DNA from: Paramecium tetraurelia
Taxonomy: Eukaryota
Direction of reading: 5' to 3'
DNA: 64,000 nucleotides
Assembly (NCBI GenBank): GCA_000165425.1
Contig: CT868274.1
Span: forward strand, 62,001 to 126,000
This document shows, piece by piece, positions 57,089-64,000 of the stretch. The stretch's first letter is position 1; each line of letters opens with the position of its first letter. Below the pieces are notes generated by a model that worked only from the letters and a program-made list of their open reading frames with translations, did no database searches and was not told the origin of the DNA. The translations under genes were made by a program, and so were the position numbers.

Positions 57089-59013
57089 ATGAAGCAAATT
57101 AAAAGCTAATTTAACTATCAACTAATAGGAAGGATTCCAAAACAACTGAGTATAGCTAGCTAATTTATTATTAAGGTAGTTCATACAAAAAAATGAATAA
57201 TCGAATACTTGCATATTAAAATAAAATATAAGTCACAAAAGATGATAATCAATTTGACTTTAGCATAATTACTCCAGGCTATTTAAAATGCAACAAATCA
57301 TAGTATATGTTTAATTGGAAAATCAACTTTTTTGAAAGCCAACTTTGTTAATTTTCTAAAGATGAATTTTATTAGATTTATCTATACAATTGTTTCCTCT
57401 TGGGGGATTGTTACAAAGCTAATAGTCTATCATATATGCAATAACAATTTAGATCATTTTAGTCATATTTTGATAAAAGGAGTGGAAACAGATATAATAT
57501 GCTTTTATAAGGAGAAAACATGAAATAATTCAATGAATTTAAACTATAAAATTCATCTCAAAATGAGTTCACAGATTTTAATCGAATTTATGTTAATAAA
57601 AGAAATCCATTTGTATAATTTTCAGTATATGATATGGTAAACAGCAATGAAAAGGCAATATCATATTTTTAGAAATTGATTCAATAAAAAGCATTTAAAA
57701 ACATAGATGAAGCCTTATAATATTATGGAGTGACTCTAAAGGAAATTGAAGAATTGAATGTTCATGAATTCTTACATCTAGAAAAACTAGTTCCTGGGAA
57801 TATACAAACATATAGGTAGAATTACCAGAATTTCTAAGAATACATAGCCTTTTGTGCATACACATTACATATCAATTAATTCCATAGAAATGTACCAAGT
57901 ATGGCATTCAGCACTAATGAATGCGAATAGTGTAACTCAAACAATCCATCAGAGTATTGTACATCTCTTAAACCTATTCAACCTTTAAAGTAACCTCTCT
58001 TAATACCTATTTAATAATTGTAAGAATACCCTCTAAATTATAAAACATATGACATTATTTGCATTCTCTATAATTCATTAATTTGCTAATTAAATATTTG
58101 GAGTCATCAAGACTCTGTTGAAAGCATACTAAATTACTAAGTGCCTGAAGAAGCCATAGTAACTTCATCATTCAATTTCAAAAGAAACTATGAAAATTTG
58201 GAAGTATTAGGCGATTCTGTTTTGAAATATGTCATAACCGCGGATATCTTTAAACAATACAAATTGTTAGACGAGGGAGAAATGACATCCTTACGTAGCC
58301 GCTTAATAATGAATACCTTTTTGGCCTAATTATTTGAGTAACTAGGTTTAGAACAATTTATAATAAATTAGGATTTGCATTTCAAATAAATTAAAAATCC
58401 ATTAGTCAATGATATAATTTCAAGTGAAAATAAACAGCTGCAAATCAGCCAGAAAGCTGATATTTATGAAGCAATAATTGGTGGAGTGTTTGAAACTACT
58501 CAAAGTCTCTATGAATATATTACTATTTTAAGAAGAACAAACTTTCCTATATCTATCTATAAAGACATCCTCTTTGATTATGAGCCAATTACAGCTCAAA
58601 TCGAGCAAATAGATATCAGAGACTATAAATTCAATAATCCTCAATTATACGAAATAGCTATTAATCCATAATATTATGATAGATTGGAATTTTTAGGGGA
58701 TGCTGCTATTGAATTACTTGTCATTTCTTATGCTTTTAGAGTGGCAAGGGAAAAACAATAGAAAAATCCTAATTGGAGCTTGAATCCAGGATTACTATCG
58801 ACATGGAAGTAGTATTTATTAGGAAATAAGTTTATGGGAGAACAAACTATTAAAATGGGATTAAAACCTCAAGTTAACGAGATACCAAAATTATATGGAG
58901 ATATTTTTTAAAGTGTTGCAGCTGCCATTCTTCTTGATAGTGGATGGAGAGGTTTAAATTAAGTGTATGGAAGCCTATATAAGAAATATTTGGATGAAAT
59001 TATTGAGTTGTGA
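57089..59013 (+). CDS. DCL: Dicer-like protein (tandem RNase IIIa/IIIb; no helicase or dsRBD seen), ~632 aa
   Basis: IIIa NYENLEVLGDSVLK...KADIYEAIIGG; IIIb YDRLEFLGDAAI...PKLYGDIFQSVAAAILLDSG; 26-nt intron near 57150; the paralog number cannot be assigned from sequence alone. Confidence 0.92.
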
Positions 59014-59033
59014 TATATTATTAAACTAATTAT

Positions 59034-59510
59034 ATGAATAAAAAAAATTTAGGATGGGACATTGAAGAACACTAATACTTAGATAGTTTAATACCTAGCA
59101 ATTTACCAAGAATCGAAAAAAGACATTAAGAGAGCAAGAACCATAGAATTAAGTCAATTTTAGATTCGAAAATTATTATCTGTTCTTCTTCTGTTTAACC
59201 TAACCAAAATAAGAAATCAATGTAAATTTGTACTTAAACTACTCAAACTGCATTTTAAAATACACTTACTTAAAGTTTTTATAGTCCCATGGCTTTAACA
59301 AATTACCAAGCTTTAAGATATCCTCCAATATAAGATGTTGTTAATAAGTCATCTAAAAAATCATAAGGACCATTGAAAAGAAGGAAATATAGATGCAGTA
59401 TAATTAATTTGAGTCAGCCATCAATTTAAAGTCCATAAGCAAATAATAAGCTGTACAATATCAATTAATATTTATAATAAAAATACTCATGTATTAACTA
59501 TTTTGATTGA
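59034..59510 (+). CDS. Hypothetical protein (158 aa)
   Basis: Uninterrupted code-6 ORF MNKKNLGWDIEEHQYL...INYFD-TGA. Confidence 0.68.
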
Positions 59511-59619
59511 TGGTTTCTTATAGCATAATTTATAAATATTAAAACATAAAGGGATGACCATAACATTATTAATTAGAAAATATAAAGGATATTTCATTTA
59601 TTTATATTTTAATTTCCTT

Positions 59620-59980
59620 TTCATTTACATCGGATTAAACTTAAATCAATCGATTCTAAACATAGACAAGAATAACATTAAGTAAATAGATTATTGAAGG
59701 AGCACTACAAGATGAAGATGGAAATTGAAAAAAATAAATTATATATCTTGAAAAAAAGTTTTCCTTATTGATTGATTCTAAAGACTATGAATTTTTATAT
59801 ATATAATACAACAACATTTCTTAATTATTGATTTAACAACTCATTTAGAAGTGAGCTAGGGAATCCTTGAATAAAGGTAAGTTAAGATCTAAATTATATC
59901 CAAATTATAGGTATGTTGTTTTAGATGCCATAAGATGAATTCTCAAATAGTTGTATTGCCATTCTATTAAATATGATAAA
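59620..59980 (+). pseudogene. Possible decayed gene relic
   Basis: Coding-like fragments (IEGALQDEDGN*KK, YVVLDAIR*) with TGA interruptions and an intron-like GTAAG...ATAG at 59877-59910. Confidence 0.3.
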
Positions 59981-60075
59981 TTATTCGATGACAAATATAT
60001 AGAAATAAATATGTATGATTTATAGCTTATTGTAAAGATTAATTATTATTTAATTACATTAATTAAAATATTAAT

Positions 60076-62164
60076 ATGTCAGCACTTGAGATAGCACGCA
60101 AGAAAATATCATTTGATGTAAATAAGCTGTCCCACTTCATTTGGGAAGGAGAGGAGAGATTCAAGAGATTCATGGCATTTTAGAAGCTATGCAGTTCTGA
60201 TCCTCTTCTTCGTAATAATCCTAAGGACATTGGAATAGGAAGAGCCGAAACATATGAACTATATGCAAGGAAAATGAAGAAGTTGTTGGAGGTGGCTGAC
60301 TTGCGTGATATCAAAGAATTCGCAACCTTGATCTATCCAGAGGCTGTAAGATATTGATATTATGTTGAATAGTTGGTGTCATCATTGAATTATGAAATGT
60401 TCATGCCCACAATAATGAATTTGGGAACAGAAGAATAAGTGAAGCTGTTTTATGAGCCAGCATCAAGATGGGAGATCTTGGGTTGTTATTCATAGACAGA
60501 ATTAGCACATGGTTCAGATATAAATAGAATCGAAACAACAGCCACATATGATAAATAAACAAAATCTTTCATAATTAACACTCCCTCATTGAAAGCCACA
60601 AAATGGTGGGGAAGTGACATGGGCATAACAGCTACTCATGTCGTAACCTAAGCCTAATTGTATATAGACGGTAAGAGATGCGGAGTATAGAATTTTGTTG
60701 TCTAAATCAGAGATGTGAAAACCCATCTAAACACTTCCAGGCATTTTGGTCGGTGATATTGGTGCTAAGTTTGGATACAATGCAAAAGATAATGGATATT
60801 TGAGATTTGATAATGTTAGAATTCCCAAAGTCAATATGTTAAGCAAATATGTGAATGTCTCAGATGATGGACAATTCACTAAAACTGGAGATGACAAAGT
60901 ATGGCATGCCACCATGTAATTGATGAGATAACATTTCTTGGATTCAGTATGGAAATGTCTAGGAATTGGTCTCACTATTGTTATTAGATATTCATTACAA
61001 AGAAAACAATTCAAAGATTCCTTAGGGTAAGAAATTCCCATCTTTGATTACCAACTTCAATAACACAAATTGATTCCTTTGATTGCTGAAATGTATGGAT
61101 GCATGTTAGGAAGTAAGAAGGTCTTTGCTATGGCACATGACAATGTTGCTAGAATCAAATAAAAGAATGATTTCTCTAAAATGATGGTATATCTTAAATT
61201 CATCTTAGGAAGTTCATGTTGTCTTAAGTGCTTCTAAAGCATATTATACATGGAACTGCTTCTTTGCCTTAGAAAAGGTTAGATAATGTGCTGGTGGACA
61301 TGGTTATTCCTATTACTCTGGAATCCCACCTCTTATTACTGAGATGAGTCCCTGTGTCGTGGCTGAAGGTGATAATACAGTCTTATCTTTGTCTGTGGGT
61401 AAGGTCTTGTTGATGTATCTCAACAAAGGTATCACAATATTTTCTATTGTTAGCCATGTAATCAGGAAAGGCTCCCAACACCACTTGTGATTATTTGGAA
61501 GACATTTTCAATTATTTGACTGAACTCAAATAACCATTGGTCTCCAAAGAGTGCACCAGAGACCTCAATAAGGTTTTGGCTGCTTTAAGATACAATGTTG
61601 CTTTCAATGTTGCTAATGCAGGATAAAAGTTACAAACTCTCATGGGTGATAAGGGATTAACATTTAAGGAATCCACAGACAAGCACTTAGGCATTCTCTT
61701 ATAAGAAATTGCTCACACACAATCTAATTATTGGACTTATAGAACCTTCCTTGAAGAAGTCAATGCTTTAACTGATCCAAATATTAAGACTGTCCTCACT
61801 CAATTATGCTTATTGTATGGTCTTAACAAGATCTTGGAATAATAAGGATAATTGTTTGAGTATGGTGTCTTAACTGGTCCTCACATTCTGTATGGATCAG
61901 AGAAACCAGAGATGAACTTATTTCAAATTTGAAAGACAACGCATTGGGATTAGTTGAGGTATACTTATTATCTCTATTTTATAGGCCATTGCTTATGATG
62001 ATAATAGTGTGAGATCAGCCATTGGAGATTCCTAGGGTAATCCATATGAGAAATTATATCATTGGGCCAAAGACCTCAACCCATTAAATGAACCAGAGTT
62101 CCATGAATAAGTTTTCAAGACAATTAAGACAATCAGAACTGCATCTCCACATGCTAAGTTATGA
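60076..62164 (+). CDS. Peroxisomal acyl-CoA oxidase; two apparent frameshifts
   Basis: GCYSQTELAHGSD, ATKWWG, VGDIGAKFGYNAKDNG, CAGGHGYS, AEGDNTVL; C-terminal PTS1 AKL; indels at ~60727 and ~61891. Confidence 0.92.
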
Positions 62165-62284
62165 TTAAGATTAACAAATAATTAGATTCATTATTTATGT
62201 TCTTTTTCATTATAGAGTATTTATGATGAAAGTAAGGGAAGGACCATCAATGAATGCTTTAATATTTATTATTATTAATTAAAA

Positions 62285-64000
62285 ATGGAAGGATATTTGA
62301 AAAAATGGACTAACCTTTTTTCAAGATGGCAAGATCGTTATTTCATTCTGAATGAAGAAGTTCTTGTTTATTGCGATTCTCAAGGAGGCTAGATTAAAGG
62401 ATAGGTGCATTTAAAAGTGGCGGCTTTGATTTTAGTGCCTGAAGACCCTTTAAGAATAATTATTAATACTGGAACGACAGAAATTCATTTGAGAGCAAGC
62501 AATATAAATGAGAAGATCGATTGGATTAATGCATTGAAATAGGCATAGGACAAATGTTTGAGTCGTTAAAATGAAATAAAGTTTGAATAAAAGATACAAG
62601 AATTGCTTACTGATGTTTGGTAAACTGGAGCTATATGTAAGATAGATAAATTATTGTAGTTGATGAAACTTTGAGTATGTTGATTCCTAAATTGGAAAAG
62701 AACTCGCAAATTAAAGAAATGGCTGACAGATTAGAAAGCATAGGGAAAAATCTAAAAACGAAAATCACCTTATGTGCTCAAATTGTTGAAGAGGAAAAAC
62801 AAAAGCTATCAAATATAGATAATGGAACTGTGTATGAGAGTTTTATTCATCAAAATTCAGCATAATCAGTATTACGAGAGGAGTCATTGAATCACTAGCA
62901 TCATTAATCACACGGTCAATAATAATTAATGAGTGTATCTGAAATTGGTTAGCAAATAAGAGAGCATTAGCCTATAAAATATGTACTTAAAGAATTTGTT
63001 ATATTAGTTTTTAGAATAATCTCATCAATAATCCTGCGTTTCAGAAGAGTAAATTTACAAATCAGTCTAAAAGAGATAGATTACCTTATCGAAAGGACCC
63101 TAATGAAAAGATAAATGTTTGGTTATTGTGTAAGGAATTGATTGGAAAGGATTTAGGAAGATTTTCAGTGCCAAGTAATGGATTCATATTTACAAATAGT
63201 TATTTTGAATGAGCCATTGTCGATGTTATAAAGATTAGCAGAATAAATGGAATACTCTGAATCGTTGGAAGAGGCTGATAAGATTCAAGGAGATAGTGCA
63301 TTAAGAATGTGTTATATTATGGGTTTTGGTGTCTCACCCTATTCAGCAAATATAGGAAGAACAAAGAAACCTTTCAATCCTATTCTAGGAGAAACCTATG
63401 AAATTTAGACTCAGAATTGTAGGTTTATTAGTGAATAGGTTTCGCATCATCCTCCTATATCTGCAGGGTATGCAGAATCCAAAGCTTTTTAGTTTTGGGC
63501 GCACACAGATGTCCAAACAAAATTTAATGGCTTATGTTTCTAAGTGAATCCTGTTGGATTATTTAACGTCATTTTGAAATCATCAAATGATCATTATTAA
63601 TTTAATAGGTGCACAACAAAGGTTCAGAACATTTTATGGGGGTAATAATATTTGGATCATATGGGACAAATGAAATTTGTAAATCTGACGACTGGTGATA
63701 ATGGAGTGTTGGAGTTAATTGAAAAATCAGGAAAATCAGAGTCTGAGATGAGAGGGTATGTAAAAGATAAAAATGGAAATGAGAAATATAAGTTAAAAGG
63801 TTTTTGGAATGATCGTCTTATAGCTTATGATTCTTAAAGAGAGATCATAGTGTGGAAGAGACATCAATTACCTTAGGATTCAGATTGGTATTATAATTTT
63901 ACTGAATTCGCCATGTAACTTAATCATTTGACAATTGATATGATAAAAGTAATAAATATATGTCTAAATGACTTAGGATTTGCCATGTACTGATTGCAGA
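62285..64000 (+). CDS. Oxysterol-binding protein with N-terminal PH domain (3' truncated by window end)
   Basis: MEGYLKKWTN..WQDRYFIL (PH); NEPLSMLQRLAE, KPFNPILGETYE, EQVSHHPP signature. Confidence 0.95.

Noticed and set aside
55811..59013. One long Dicer gene starting at 55811
   Set aside because: The first ORF ends at TGA 56772-56774, an AT-rich spacer follows, and a new ATG starts at 57089

Overview
This is AT-rich, gene-dense eukaryotic DNA, best read as ciliate macronuclear sequence. It is very likely Paramecium: TAA/TAG read as Gln, TGA is the only stop, introns are 20-35 nt GT..AG, and spacers are often only 20-40 nt. The supplied ORF track treats TAA/TAG as stops, so it shows fragments and shadow ORFs. 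I retranslated by hand with code 6 and support about 36 protein genes; gene models and intron positions are manual and unverified. Recognisable products: PUF protein, single-HKD PLD/Zucchini-like nuclease, ALDH12/P5C dehydrogenase, peptidase S11, EF-hand + EML5/6-like WD40 protein, CaaX-bearing arginine kinase, cNMP-binding protein, hybrid histidine kinase, two pseudokinases, tesmin/CXC protein, NEK and AGC kinases, p68-type DEAD-box helicase, ABHD17-like hydrolase, AGPS, PPR protein, bZIP, lipin, CCT1, a Dicer-like tandem RNase III, acyl-CoA oxidase and OSBP. The most interesting items are (1) a Dicer-like protein with a catalytic Glu-to-Gln change in RNase IIIb, (2) a Zucchini/Nuc-like enzyme with no membrane anchor but a PKEPKP repeat, NLS-like motif and acidic tail, and (3) about ten small indels in otherwise intact genes, probably assembly errors. 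I recognised no RNA genes, telomeric repeats, transposons or CRISPR arrays.
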